Part shown: positions 51,340 to 64,000 of the stretch, piece after piece
Numbering within the stretch: the stretch's first letter is position 1
How the letters are laid out: every line of letters begins with the position of its first letter
DNA from: Felis catus
Taxonomy: Eukaryota
Reading direction: 5' to 3'
DNA: 64,000 bases
Assembly (NCBI RefSeq): GCF_018350175.1
Contig: NC_058373.1
Coordinates: forward strand, 112,594,001-112,658,000
The notes under the pieces: model-generated
Seen by the model: the letters and a program-made list of their open reading frames with translations, nothing else
Told to the model about the DNA's origin: nothing
Databases searched by the model: none
Translations under genes and position numbers: made by a program

Positions 51340-53990
51340 ATAGTTGTCTCTTTGTGACCCAGAGAAGAGATATGATTATTCATTTAGAAAACTCGAGAAT
51401 CAATTCAAAGGGTATTAGAATCAAGAAGAGCTCAGCATGGTGGTTAAATAAAGGGTATTTTCCTTTATAAAAATCTATATGCCAGTATTACTTAAGCTAG
51501 AAACAACCATTAGAAAAAGTAATGGAAAAGATCTCATTTGTAATAGCAGAAAAAAGTAAACTTTATAATACCCAAGAATAAACTAAAAAAAATTGTCAGA
51601 CCTGAATAAAGAAAACTTTATTAAAGGACATAAAATATAGCTTGAATGACTTGGAAGTTATGCCATATTCTTAGATGCAAATATTTTTGTGAAATTGTCA
51701 ATTTACCTTAAATTGAGATAAATGAGATATAATTCCCAATGGATTTTGGGGGGAATATAGCTTGTGATTTTTTTCTTAAGTAAAACAATGAGAGAGCCTT
51801 ACTCAGATGTGAAAACATGATATAAGGCGCAGTGATTAAAATATTTGGTATGTTACAAGAAAATAAAGTCAGAGATAAATGCCACCAAATGATATTTTAT
51901 TAACATACCTATGTGTAAAATTGAATTTAACATATTATATATGTGACATTTCAAGACATTTGAGGAAAGAAGGATTAGCCAGTAAAAGATGTTGAGAAAA
52001 TTGGCTCTCCATTTTGGTGGACATTGATCATACAACACAAAACTAAACTACAGTTAATTAAATAAAAACATTTAATTAAACATTAAGAACTATAAGTTTA
52101 TGATTTAAAAATTAAGAGATTATTTTTATTATCTTTAGGCAAGAGAAACCTTTCTAGGTAAGACATAAAACAAAATAAAAACATTGATAGAAACCCCCAC
52201 TGTTAATAAGCATTGGAAACCTTTTAATGAAAATGCCAACTAAGCAAAAACTTGTTACAAATGTTAAATGTTAAAAATTAATATTTGCAAGAGATTTAAC
52301 TGCTAAAGTTTAATATTTTAAATATGTAGAAATTTCTTAATAATTCAACAGCAAGAACATGGACACCAATATAGAATAACAGGCAAAAGATATATTCAGG
52401 CAGTTTGCAATGGGAAAGAAGCAAATTGCTATTAAATATGTGTTCATTATAACTGGTAAGAAATGTAAAATTTGAAAATATTGTATTGCTTTGTACACAT
52501 CATTTAAATAACTATTTAAGATAAAGATTGCCTGGAAGTGTCAAGGCTTGGGTGAAAAGACCTTTGTTCAGAGTATAAATTGGTACCATTTTTCTATAGG
52601 GCAATCTGCAGTGTATCAAACATTTCAGTGTAATGGTGTAAAAGACATTCATTTGATAGGGAATAACAACAGTTTACAAATAGGGTACAGCCTAGAATAA
52701 TTGTTGTTTTAGTACTTAAAAAGCCTTCCCACTCTAGAAAAACTTGACCCAGTACAAAGAAATAACCTGTGAGGCATACTATGTGAAAGGACATAAAGAG
52801 TGTCAGTCATTAGATTCATTGTGTCCCCCAAAATACCATGAGTTGAAGGTCAAAGCAGCAGAGAGCAGGAAGCATAACTGTAGGAAGCCTGGACTTTGCA
52901 AAGGGAGGAGAAGCCCTGAGGACAGATGGCTGTACCTGTGCTGTTGGTGAGACACTTAGGCTTGGACAAAAACCCTGTGTAAAATTAAGCCTGGAATTCC
53001 CTAAGACTGTGAGATCCTTGTGGGAGGCTAAAATGGAACCAGTCAGTGATTAAACATACTCTCTGATGAAAGGTAGAAGCAGAAATAAATTTTCTCCAAA
53101 GGAAATTTTCTCCAGTTTGGGTCAGCCATACTCTAACAGATTAAGATCAAGTAATGAATATCAACAAAACCATTAATCAATAGGTGGACTGAAAAATGTG
53201 ACAACTACTAGAACTGTCCAATACAAAATACAATATAGCTAAGAATTTGGTGACTATTATCATTCATTTTTCACACTGGGAAACTTTTGTTTAGGACTAT
53301 TGCTAGACCAGACAGGATGCAGACAAAACAGAAGTATATCAAACTGTCCCTGACAAGCCAGGGTGTATGTTTAACCCACTGATGATGAAATCTTCAAAAG
53401 AACAAAGACGCACAAAGATAAAGACATTGCAAGAGATCATTATTTTTGAATAAGCAATTTCGGAGAAAATAGGACTCCTAGAAATGAGAAAATATACATT
53501 AAAATTTTTAAATCTGTAAAAAGATGAAACAGCAGATTAGACCAGCAGAAGAGAGAATTAGCATACTGAAACATCTATCTGAGGAAATTACCTCATATTG
53601 GAATAACTACATAGAGACAAAATGTTATGTAAATATGAGACATAAGGTATGGAGGAAGAAGTGAGAAGGTCCAAACCACATTACATCAAAGCCACAAAAG
53701 GAAAGAATGGAGGAAAGGCAATGATTCAAGAGGTAATGGCTGTAAATTTACTGAACTGCTAAAAAACATGAAACCACACATCCTCAAGATATGGTGTAAA
53801 TTGAGAAGGATAAATAAAATAAATATGTAAAAGTGAAACTTCTAAACCAAAATAAAAGAGAAGATCTTAAGAGTAGCCATAAATAAAAGATCACTTATAG
53901 GAATGACAGAAGGCTTTTAAACAACATTGGAATAAGACAGTAAAATAATACCTTCGAAGTATTGAAAAAGTTATTTTGTAAATTATTTTA
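51340..53990 (+). mobile_element. Ancient L1 fragments (ORF2 3' part, then an ORF1-like piece)
   Basis: A-rich degenerate L1 motifs (gatatgattattcatttagaaaa; cagcagattagaccagcagaagagagaattag). Confidence 0.6.
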
Positions 53991-54576
53991 TACAAGTTTT
54001 CATTATGTGTTGTAAATATGTGAAGTGTCTACTCTGAGGTTCATAATATAAGACAGAAACTTGTTCTAAAATGTTGCCTGAGAAGACACTTAAGACTGTA
54101 TTCATTAGGACAATATATCAAATCCTAGGATGCCATGTACCTATTAAATTTATGGGTTACATGAAAGTTCTAAAGTGTTTTCTTGAATGAAGATATTATA
54201 TATTATATTTCAAAACTGAATTACACATTGTATTATTTTCTTTTCTAATGTATTCAGTATTGTCAATTTTTCTACTGCACATGCCTTTACACTTTTATGC
54301 TTTGGGGAACAGCTTCTTAAAATCTTTTATCACATAATGAAATTAGCATATATTTAACATAAAAATAATATTAAAAGCTTTGCTCCTCCCACATAATAAT
54401 TTTACTTCTCATTTGTAATAATTTCACTGTTCTACTTAACTGAAAAACTGAAACCAACCTATAGAATGATCTTAATATACCGGGATTGAAAACTCACTCA
54501 TTTTTGAGTCTCAGATTGCAGTTATCTACAGTTTAACCAAAAGCAGTGTCCTTTTATCTTTAAAGATTTACGCCCA

Positions 54577-54746
54577 AGAGACTCCTAAAAACTGAGAACA
54601 AACTGAGGGTTGATGGGGGGTGGGAGGGAGGGGAGAGTAGGTGATGGGTATTGAATAGGGCATCTTTTGGGATGAGCACTGGGTGTTGTATGGAAACCAA
54701 TTTGACAATAAATTTCATATATTTAAATAAATAAATAAATAAATAA

Positions 54747-54779
<33 letters not shown>

Positions 54780-54801
54780 CTAGATACAAAATAAAATAAA
54801 A
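54577..54801 (+). mobile_element. Young 5'-truncated felid L1 (L1_Fc-type 3' UTR) with (TAAA)n tail
   Basis: aactgagaacaaactgagggttgatgggggg...gggatgagcactgggtgttgtatggaaaccaatttgacaataaa. TSD taaagattta(c/t)gccca at 54561-54576 and 54802-54817. Confidence 0.93.
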
Positions 54802-56431
54802 TAAAGATTTATGCCCATAGTCATACCTAATATCATATTAGACTCAAAACATTATAGTGTCTCATATTGTTCTGAGGTAGCACTTAAGTAATTCTGAGCT
54901 TGCTTTTCAGTTATGATAATAAACCTTATTATTTGTCCCTTGCCTTAAATAATCTTTACTGCTTTTCACAGATAATAGATATCTTTGATATCTATTATCT
55001 TTGATATCTATTAATTATTACTTAGCTTTCTGACCTATCTCTCAATGACACAAGAATATCTCAGATTTAATCTCCTTTTTTATAAATAACTTTTAAGAGT
55101 AGACCTACATTTGCCCTGATTGATTTAGGCCAGGTTTATTTTGAGATGCTGAAAATGAATACTATATCATAATTTTATTCTTTTTTTCTGATTCCTTCCA
55201 AGTTTAAACAACTACTGTTTCTCTTTGATGTTTTCTTTTCATTGCTGCTGATCAGAGCCAGGTCAGGAAGATTAAGGAAAATATTCCTTACATAAACCCA
55301 TCATTTTGTAATATAAAAAGCTTAAAAAGATAGAGAATTTGACACAGCTGTGTTATCTGAAAATTATTCAGAGAAAATTACAAAATGTCTCGTAGCTTCT
55401 GGGCAACTTGCATTATGGAAAAAAAAAAAAAAAAAACTCCTGGGAAACCAGGACATGACAGAATCCAGTCTTGCCATTCTCCACATCCCCACCTATTTCT
55501 TTGTTTTCTGTCTTTCCCTAGAGGCAAATTCTGTCAGGTATTGAAGTCTACCTTTCCTATTGCAGATTCGAGCAAAATGCCAGTTTTCACCTGCCCCACT
55601 TAATGTTCCTGCGTTGGGCATCCTCTGCTCTTGGACAGTTTTTTATGTGAGGAGAGGACCTGAATAAACCTCATGATTGTCTTAATATAAAACAATATTG
55701 CTTGGTTACCAAATCCTTCAGGTTTGTTTTAAAAACCTGAATTTAATTTTTTTTTAAAAAGCCTGAATTTTTTATATCCTTTGTTGGTTGATTCTTGTGA
55801 ATTTGGTTTGGCTCTTGCATACCCTGAGCCACACTTAGGGTACAATTCCTGGAGCGTATCATTGGACTAGAGCATCAAGGTAGCATGGACAGAGGAAAGG
55901 TTATAAATGAACAGCCTCAGGAGTGTGTGTATGTTGGTATGTGCGTCGTGTGTCTGTTAATAGGATAATCCTTTCTTCCCATTCTGACTAGATGACGGGC
56001 TTTGTTTAGTGCCAGTAGATACAACCAACTTCTTCCTCACGTCTACCAGCTGCCCTAATAAAGTCAGCTATTCAGTTTCCTATGGCCCTAACTTGACAAC
56101 TTCAATCCCAATCCTAGAACATGTATACATGTGTACACACACCCATATACATTATTCTCAGTTTACGAAGTATAATTATTTTGCCCAGTGGTCAACTCTA
56201 TTTGACTTCTCTTAAATCTCAATCTTTAAAGAGACCACACACCACACAGGCTTCATTTGGATAGCGAACTACCTTATTCTAAGTACGATAGTATGAATGT
56301 TCCGAAAGTCTCAGTCCTCAGAGCTTAAATTACAGATCCTGATTCATAGATATCAGCCCCATATTCCATACCAAAAAAAAAAAAAAAATGTGTGTGTGTG
56401 TGTGCATGTGTGTATAAAAATTATGATTCCA

Positions 56432-56652
56432 GGGGCGCCTGGGTGGCGCAGTCGGTTAAGCGTCCGACTTCAGCCAGGTCACGATCTCGCGGTCCGTGAG
56501 TTCGAGCCCCGCGTCAGGCTCTGGGCTGATAGCTCAGAGCCTGGAGCCTGTTTCCGATTCTGTGTCTCCCTCTCTCTCTGCCCCTCCCCCGTTCATGCTC
56601 TGTCTCGCTCTGTCCCAAAAAATAAATAAAAAACATTGAAAAAAAATTTAAA
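56432..56652 (+). mobile_element. Young CAN-SINE (SINEC_Fc-type)
   Basis: TSD aaaaattatgattcc at 56416-56430 and 56653-56667. Confidence 0.97.
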
Positions 56653-57096
56653 AAAAATTATGATTCCTTGGAGGAATCTCATTGAAAAAAAATATTTCTT
56701 TTATATACACATATTTGAAATTAGAGTATATATAAGAACTGTAATTTTCAAGATTTTTTTCTATTTATGATCTTTTTTGCATTCCTATGTTTATACTTTT
56801 TCAGTGACAAAGGATAGCTGCACTGCTTTTTACAACAGTTTTTAAAAATTAAGCCTCTGATCATTTTTAAGTTCTTGTTAGGAGATTTTTCTTCCAATAT
56901 AATAAACATAAAGACCTTCTTTCATTTAACTTATGTCAATTTTATTTAGTAAATAATGTGTTCTTCCTTTTATAGTTCTCCTAGGTTGTAACTCACTAAA
57001 TTATTTTTATCCATTCTTGTATTTGTAGAGGCTCTTAAAAAGTAAACTTTTCTACTGTGAAGTATAATAATGGTTGATTTAAAATGAGTATGTTAA

Positions 57097-57287
57097 GGAG
57101 CACCTGGGTAGCTCAGTTGATTTAACACCTGACTATTGATTGCAGCTTAGGTTAATGATCCCAGGGTCGTGGAATCAAGCCATGCGTCACGCTCCATGCA
57201 TGGAGCCTGCTTGGAATTCTCTCTCTCACTCCCTCTGCCCCTCTCCCCTGTCGCACTCTCTCTAAAATAAAGAAATAGATAGATAAT
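57097..57287 (+). mobile_element. Older CAN-SINE subtype
   Basis: ggagcacctgggtagctcag head; TSD aaaatgagtatgtt. Confidence 0.9.
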
Positions 57288-57706
57288 AAAATGAGTATGT
57301 TTAGACCCCTGTGTTTAAGATGAGCAGCAGAGCATTAACTTGAAGTGAATGGAACATTGCCTCTTTGTGTTACCCTATTTTACACCATCCTGAGTCTTAT
57401 TCCTGTCCTGACAGCTACTGTTTTTACAGCTTTAAGTTTTAGTGTGTCATCGTTGGTGAAATTTAAGTTAATAAAATTTACTGACATAGTTTTTCATCTT
57501 TGCTTAGGTACATAATTACATTACTGTTTTCTATTGGACTTGGGTGAAAGCATAAATCAGGAGATGCTGTTAGTTCTTTTTCCTTCAAAGGATATTTTCA
57601 GTCTTTGCACATTCTTTTCCCAAAGATTTATGGTAGTGTCCAAGGCTATCTTTCTGGTAATTGGTGTCCTCAAAACCACTGCTCTGAGAATTCTTCATTA
57701 AGTTTT

Positions 57707-57925
57707 TTTTTTTTTAATTTCTTTAATGTGTATTTATTTTTGACAGAGAGAGACAGAGCATGAGCGGGAGAGGGGCAGAGAGAGAGGGAGACACAGTATC
57801 CGAAGCAGGCTCCAGGCTCTGAGCTGTCAGCACAGAGCCCGACGCCAGGCTCGAACTCACAGATCATGAGATCATGACCTGAGCTGAAGTCGGACACTCA
57901 ACCGACTGAACCATCCAGGCACCCC
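57707..57925 (-). mobile_element. CAN-SINE
   Basis: TSD aattcttcattaagtttt at 57689-57706 and 57926-57943. Confidence 0.97.
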
Positions 57926-59594
57926 AATTCTTCATTAAGTTTTAAAGATTGTTGCTGGCATGTTGCATTTGTCAGACATCTTTTGATCATTCAAACACAT
58001 TACAAACAGACATATTCATCTCCTAGCTTCTGTTCTACACTGTTTCTGATAGAACTGTTCAGTTTTCACAATGGCTTTGACTATAGCAACAACTTATACA
58101 ACATAGATGACTTCAGATTTTGTCTTAGTACAAATAATTGTATCCAACATTTGTTAAGCACTTGATATGTATTAGGAATGATACTAAGTATTTTATATGT
58201 TTTATTGTATTTAAGCAAAGGAAAAAAATCCTAAGTCTGAATAGGGTGCAATGTCTTATAAACTGAAAGCATATAATAATGATTAATGGATTAAGTTCAG
58301 AATTGGAGTCTACAGGTATGAGTTCCTTTCTGAGGTTTTCTACTGATTTACCCTGTGGCTTTGGATTAGTTATAGAATTTTACCAAAAGAGAAGTAATAA
58401 ATCTCTTCTGTATTATGTAATATAGGAATATGTTAACTATTTAAATAGAGAATATCTGTAGGTGTTTTGTAAAAGCACATAAATAAAAACTTCTGATGTG
58501 AATATTTCTACTATTGAATTATGTGGTTAAATGATATTCATGTTTAACTCTCCAATGTAGTAGAGAAATAAGCTTTTTTCAGAGCATTATAAATTAAATG
58601 TAGAGTATGTTATCATAACTAACATTATATTGTGACATCCTTTTAGTTAGCTAAAAATACTTTATAGTGTTAATACTTTAGTTTTATAAGAAGAGTAGCA
58701 AGCATCATGACCCCTTTTTAAAAATGGAAAACTGAGAGATAAATTTCCAGAGGCATAAAAATAAAAACATAAGCTGATATTCACTTATTATGTGAATAAT
58801 GAAGGACTCTTAGGTTATAGGTGATGAATAAAAAGTGAGACGATCATAAAATGAGAGGTTAGTAGCTTTAAAATCAATCTTTAGATGAGCAAACCTGTAG
58901 AGCAGTTTGTTTAATTCAAGCTCTAGCATGCCATAGGCTCCAAATACTTACGTGTACACATCTTTCTCTCATATTTACTAATGGAACTTAGTTAAGTTTA
59001 TCTCAAAATAACAGAAATATTGGATTACTCTGTTTTTAGGAAGGACTTACTCATTTTCTTCTTTCCCAGTTGGCTTCTAATTTTAAAATTGAGGGTGGTA
59101 TGAGATGACAAAATACAACACTTTATAATGATAATTAAAACAGAAAGGAACTGTTTTTACCTGTTTTCTCTCTCTTCTCAGCATTTCTTCCATTTATCCC
59201 AGTTCCTTGACTTCACCTATGTCTTGTTCCTCTCACTTTATCCCATGTGACTATTTTTGTGAGAACCTAATTTTGTAGAAAGAAATTTAAACATGATAAT
59301 TATGTGTTCGCAATGTAGATACTTTATAAAGAGTCCACAGTGAGAATTATCATACCTTAGGGCAAAAGAGCACAGTTTGAGACTGTCTAAAATCAATTGG
59401 CAGTGAGCCATTTGCAAACAGTACATATAGGTCTAAAGTAGGAGCTTGTTTCTTTTATTCTCAGTTAAGATGTGTAAGGACAGCCTAAAGTTACACTGGG
59501 ATATAAATATTAAAACTTGCACTGCTTTAGGGATACCAAGTAATTATGTGTGATCATTAGTAAAGTGGAAATTCAATGTATAGATTTTTTTTTT

Positions 59595-59808
59595 AATTTT
59601 TTTTTCAACGTTTATTTATTTTTGGGACAGAGAGAGACAGAGCATGAACGGGGGAGGGGCAGAGAGAGAGGGAGACACAGAATCGGAAACAGGCTCCAGG
59701 CTCTGAGCCATCAGCCCAGAGCCTGACGCGGGCTTCGAACTCCCGGACCGCGAGATCGTGACCTGGCTGAAGTCGGATGCTTAACCGACTGCGCCACCCA
59801 GGCGCCCC
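59595..59808 (-). mobile_element. Young CAN-SINE (SINEC_Fc-type)
   Basis: TSD aatgtatagatttttttt at 59575 and 59809. Confidence 0.97.
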
Positions 59809-60151
59809 AATGTATAGATTTTTTTTAGGCAGCTGTTATGTTTCTGTTTAAATTGTACACTTCTAACCACATTAAAAAAACAAACAAACAAACAAAAAAC
59901 AACTCCAGAGTAGGTGGAATACAGAGACTGGGCTATATTCTCACCTGTTGAGTAACCAGACAGCCCCCTTATAGTACAATTATAAATTGTATCATCTTTC
60001 AACTTCATTTTTCTTTAGATTTGAGAAACAAGATATCTTCCCTTATGTACACAATCAGCTTTTGAAAAGGAGCATGAATGAGTAACATTTTTTTTATATA
60101 GATTGAAAGACATATGTACTATGTATCTACCATAAAGAACTTTATTTTCTT

Positions 60152-60372
60152 GGGCCCCTGGGTGGCTCAGTCGGTTGAGTGTCCAACTTCGGCTCAGGTC
60201 ATGATCTCATGGTTCGTGGCTTCAAGCCCAGCATCAGGCTCTGTGCTGACAGCTCAGAGCCTGGAGCCTGCTTCGGATTGTGTCTCCCTCTCTCTCTGAC
60301 CCTCCCCTGCTCACTCTCTCTTTCTCTCTCTCTCTCTCAAAAATAAACATTAAAAATTTTTTTTTAATTTTA
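60152..60372 (+). mobile_element. CAN-SINE
   Basis: gggcccctgggtggctcagtcgg head, (CT)n and A tail. Confidence 0.95.
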
Positions 60373-61890
60373 AAACACTTATTGTCTTTTACATAATGCC
60401 AAAAGTGAATAAATGTATATTACAGATATAAAAATACTAATAATCCATAGAAGTATCACTAGTCTTTCACCTTTTCCTGCAATGAGATGTGAAGTAGTGC
60501 TATTTATGTAAGTGGAATATGAAGATAAGTATTCTCATGAAAATCTCTTATAAAAATAATTTTATCATCTGAGTTCCCTGATTTTTGTTTGATAATTTGA
60601 TTATCAAGTTAATGTTTAGATAAAGGAGGAAATTAATGTGAAAAAATAACTCACTGTGGAAAGAGAAAAGTAAAGTTAAGAAGTATTTGCTATATACTCT
60701 CAAATTGGTTAACAACTTGGTTGGGATCTAAATGTTAGCAGACAAGGTGAGATTTTTCATAAAATAATACTTGGAAATTTTTTAATTACCCATGATGAAG
60801 ACAGTCTCAGTAGCCCAGAAACTTACTTTTACTCTAATGTTAAAATAAATCCTTTTGTTGAGCTAGATAAACTGGTTAGCTTGCTTTAGGGAGCCATGTT
60901 ATAAGAAATACTTATCTTTAAACCTTGGTGATATGTTAACTTGGTGACACTTAATGAGAACTGAGTTGAACTGTGGGGCTGTTGGCATCTTATACTCACT
61001 TCATTGGGATGGAAGATGACATTGCTGTGGTACTTAAATTTTTACTCTTGTGTGCTTTTTGTCTCCTTTGATCTTTCATCATGCTCAGATCTTACTTAAA
61101 CATTGTACAACTTTAACTGAAAAACAAAATGAGAGTATCTCCACTCTTCTAGGAGTGGAAGAAAATGTAAATATTTAAGAAGTCTAAAAACTCTTGAGTT
61201 AAAGAAGTATATAAATAAGATCGTTTCTTCCAAATAAAACTCAGATAAGTACCTTCATTCCCTGGTTGCAGTTTCTCCTTTGTAACAGTAGCCTTTAACC
61301 ACTTAGTCACATGTTATGATACACTGATTTGTTATGATTGGTTGAAAGGTATAGGCAACTAATAAATTAAACTATGCAAGTGAATATTTTAATCAATTAG
61401 AATAAATTCAAGGCTGCCTTTAGAATAATGTCCCTCTTGCTTCCATTATGCTCTGTCTCTTAAATGAAAGGAGAAAGGAGTAGATTTGTAGCTGGTGCTC
61501 CTTCTTGAATATCTAGGAGTTAGTCGTGTACAGGTTTTATCCATCATGTGTAGTCTTAAGGAAAAAAAATATATTAAAAGATAGCTTCTGTGTGCCATAC
61601 GATACTTACAGAGGCAGACTCTGAATTGTTAGTTTATTATAACCCTTTTTTAAAGTGTAAAATAAAATTAATGTGTTTACCTTTTAATTGATAAAGTAGG
61701 GTAAATTTAATTGGCTGTCATTAAACTATTTATTACCTAATTTATCTTCTCAGTAGGTCTATATTTTGCTCTGATGAAGGCTCCTCATATTTATTTCAGT
61801 CTACTTTACAAAGTTGAATACAAGGTGAGCATGAAAATTAGATCAGGTGGTACACATTATCATTAATCTACCGCATTCCTTCCATCTGTA

Positions 61891-62110
61891 ACGTGTTTTT
61901 CAAAGTTGGTCCTTTGACCAGCATCACAAGCATAACCAGAAACTAGTTAGAAATGCAGATTTTGAGGTGCCAACACTTGGTTTCGTTCGGCTCAGGTCAT
62001 GATCTCATGGTTCGTGGGTCCAAGCTCCACATAGGGCTTCGCGCTGTCTCTCTCTCAAAATAAATAAATAAACGTTAAAAAAAAAAAAGAGTTTTAAAGA
62101 TACTCTTTGT
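61891..62110 (+). mobile_element. MER5-like fragment joined to a truncated, internally deleted CAN-SINE
   Basis: gaccagcatcac...ttagaaatgcagatt (MER5-like), then ttcggctcaggtcatgatctcatggttcgtggg...tctctctcaaaataaataaataaacgtt. Confidence 0.7.
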
Positions 62111-63314
62111 TATTTAAGACTATTTAATCAGCAGAGGGCACTGCAGTAATTCGTAGGAAATTTTGTTAAATCTATATAGTCAAATTACAGTCATATAGAT
62201 ATTAATACATAGGTTATGCTCTGTTGATAAAAATATGTCTAGAAAAATAAAGAAAAGCACTATACTAAGTGGTTTTTCACAGTCACCATGAGTAAAAGGA
62301 ATTTCTGCACATTTACATTTAGCTAATATGTGTCCTGTACATATTTAAACCACATGGCCCGTTAGCAATAACATTTTTTGATATTGTTTTTCCTGTGAAA
62401 TTAAAATGGATCTGAATTTCATTGGCAAGTTCTCGGAGCTATAAAATTATTGTTTATAACACCCTTTTTTTGCAACTTGAACAGTCTATGAAGCACTTTC
62501 TGACTTTAATGTGTCTTAAAAGTGTCTTTGATAAAAAGATCACAATAAGTGGTTTTCCCTAGGTGGTTTCATAGTTTAGAAAGTATTTAGCAACTTTCAT
62601 AGTTTAGAAAGTATTAAGAAGTTAAATATGAAATGTTTTATTTAAAGAGAGTGGCTAAATCCAATTAAACCTCATTATTTTGGACTCCACTAGTTCAGAA
62701 AATGTTATATGTGAAGTAGGAATATAAACTTCTCCTGCTGCTCAAGGAAACAAAGATAATGTATAAGAAAGTTAGAAACAATTTAATTTAAAAATTTCAA
62801 ACTTTTAATGGCATTCTTTTTTGCCACTCATTATGAATAGCCTATTGATAATGAATGCTTGTTACCTACTCATTAACAGGCACAGATAAAGCTACACTTA
62901 TTAAAACCATTCTTCTGTTTCTATGATCTACTAATTTAGACACAATTTTCTCATTTCCTCTAAATTAAGTTTTATTCCATTGCTCTTTGCCACCTTCTTG
63001 TACCTTTTCATTTATGGTTTATAGATGTTTTTACCCGGCTCTTGCCCTGTTGTCCACCTTCCAACTCCCACTTCATTTGGCTGCTTGTTCCTTTTAGATC
63101 CAGTATTTCAGTATTCTCCCTGCCTCCCACTTGCCAGTGTTCTTACATTTAGGTTCTTGCTCTCCATTCTCTTTCCCCTCATCTTTGCTTCTCAACCACT
63201 GTTTCTAGGTTTCATTTCTGGATTTTTGTATGTTTCCTATTTTCTAACTGGTATAATCAATCAAAACTGCAAGGAAGTAAGGTGGATTAGAAAGAAGAGG
63301 CACAAAGAGAATTA

Positions 63315-63610
63315 CCATATATTGAATGCCTATTCTATGCTAGGTTATTGACTTGTATCATTTAGTTCTCCTAAGATGTAGGTATGTTTCATTATTATCT
63401 CCATTTTATTCATAAGTACACTGAAGCTCCAAGAGGTTAAATATTTTGTTCTAATTCACAGAGCAACTATGTGATAAAGCTGGGTTTCAAACCTATATTG
63501 GTTCATTTATTCATTCTTTTATTCAACAAATATTTATTGAGTACACATACTATATGTTGAGCACTGTCCTAGGTTCCGCAATACATCCAGCTCTTACTCT
63601 CATGAACTGT
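63315..63610 (-). mobile_element. MIR followed by an L2 3' end
   Basis: ccattttattcataagtacactgaagctc...ctgggtttcaaacc, then ttcattc...caacaaatatttattgagtac. Confidence 0.7.
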
Positions 63611-64000
63611 AACTGTTGTGTCACTGTCTGACTTCACAGATGGTGATCTTTCTGCTATACTAAACAGCTTTAGAGGAAGAGAAAATACAAAGGAAATAGA
63701 AGGGCTCTAATGTTTTATGGAAAAGATAATATTTGATATAGATGTAAAAAAAGGACTGTTCTGTGTGTTATTTAGAAATATCTTGTGTGTATGTATGCAT
63801 ATATATGTGTGTATATATATATATACGCATCCTTCAAAGAATTCAGAAATTAATATTGTTATCATTCTTTTCATTGGCTTCATTTTTGTTCAACAAGAGA
63901 ATGATAAAAAAATGTATATATCCAATCAAAAATGCTGTTTTGTGTTTAGTCCTAGAAGGAGTGTGACACTTCTGCACTCACCACTGTAGACACCAGTGCC

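Larger units (their letters stand above)
1..64000 (+). other. GPHN: Internal portion of the gephyrin gene: introns flanking one constitutive G-domain exon and the G2 cassette
   Basis: Two spliceable exons encode gephyrin peptides in the correct order and strand. The neighbouring exons (ending ...DEIEEIK and starting ATKEVIE...) were not found, consistent with GPHN's very long introns. Confidence 0.95.

Noticed and set aside
53691..53700. gccacaaaag resembling the start of the next GPHN exon (ATKEVIE)
   Set aside because: No pyrimidine tract or AG precedes it, the sequence diverges immediately, and it lies in an L1 remnant. The next exon appears to be outside the window.
54608..54634. G-quadruplex motif gggttgatggggggtgggagggagggg
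   Set aside because: Standard feature of L1 3' UTRs, not locus-specific.
6261..60299. Recurrent ORF family (GAPGWxSRLSVRLQPGHDLAVREFEPR...; MAQSVKxxTSAQVMIS...) resembling a multicopy small-protein gene
   Set aside because: All are translations of CAN-SINE copies with TSDs, not genes.
1..64000. CRISPR-like arrays, tRNA/rRNA genes, prokaryotic or viral systems, intact retroelement ORFs
   Set aside because: No regular repeat-spacer array. tRNA-like A/B boxes occur only in SINE heads. All L1 frames are broken, and no ORF exceeds ~136 aa.

Overview
AT-rich mammalian genomic DNA from a felid, judged from abundant feliform CAN-SINEs (SINEC_Fc-type) and carnivore/felid L1 ends. The window lies inside the large introns of the gephyrin gene (GPHN, + strand). 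Only two coding exons are visible. One is the constitutive 93-nt G-domain exon at 28121-28213 ([31 protein letters not shown], residues ~68-98). The other is the 39-nt alternative G2 (C5/C5') cassette at 41144-41182 (KFPTFPFCGLQKG). The rest is intron: nested L1 fragments (very dense in the first 20 kb), about 21 CAN-SINEs (many with target-site duplications), L2, MIR, MaLR LTRs, hAT MITEs and microsatellites. Nearly all listed ORFs are repeat-derived or chance ORFs. I see no evidence of a wholly new biological system. The best leads are splicing-regulatory: a CAG|GTAAGT site 42 nt before the constitutive exon, and YCAY/YGCY clusters, a stem and an antisense ORF around the G2 cassette. Several readable mutational scars also stand out: fold-back palindromes, a permuted L1 3' end, a SINE-junction L1 deletion and a candidate micro 3' transduction. 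Repeat subfamily names come from recognising consensus-like sequence by eye, and boundaries of old repeats are approximate.
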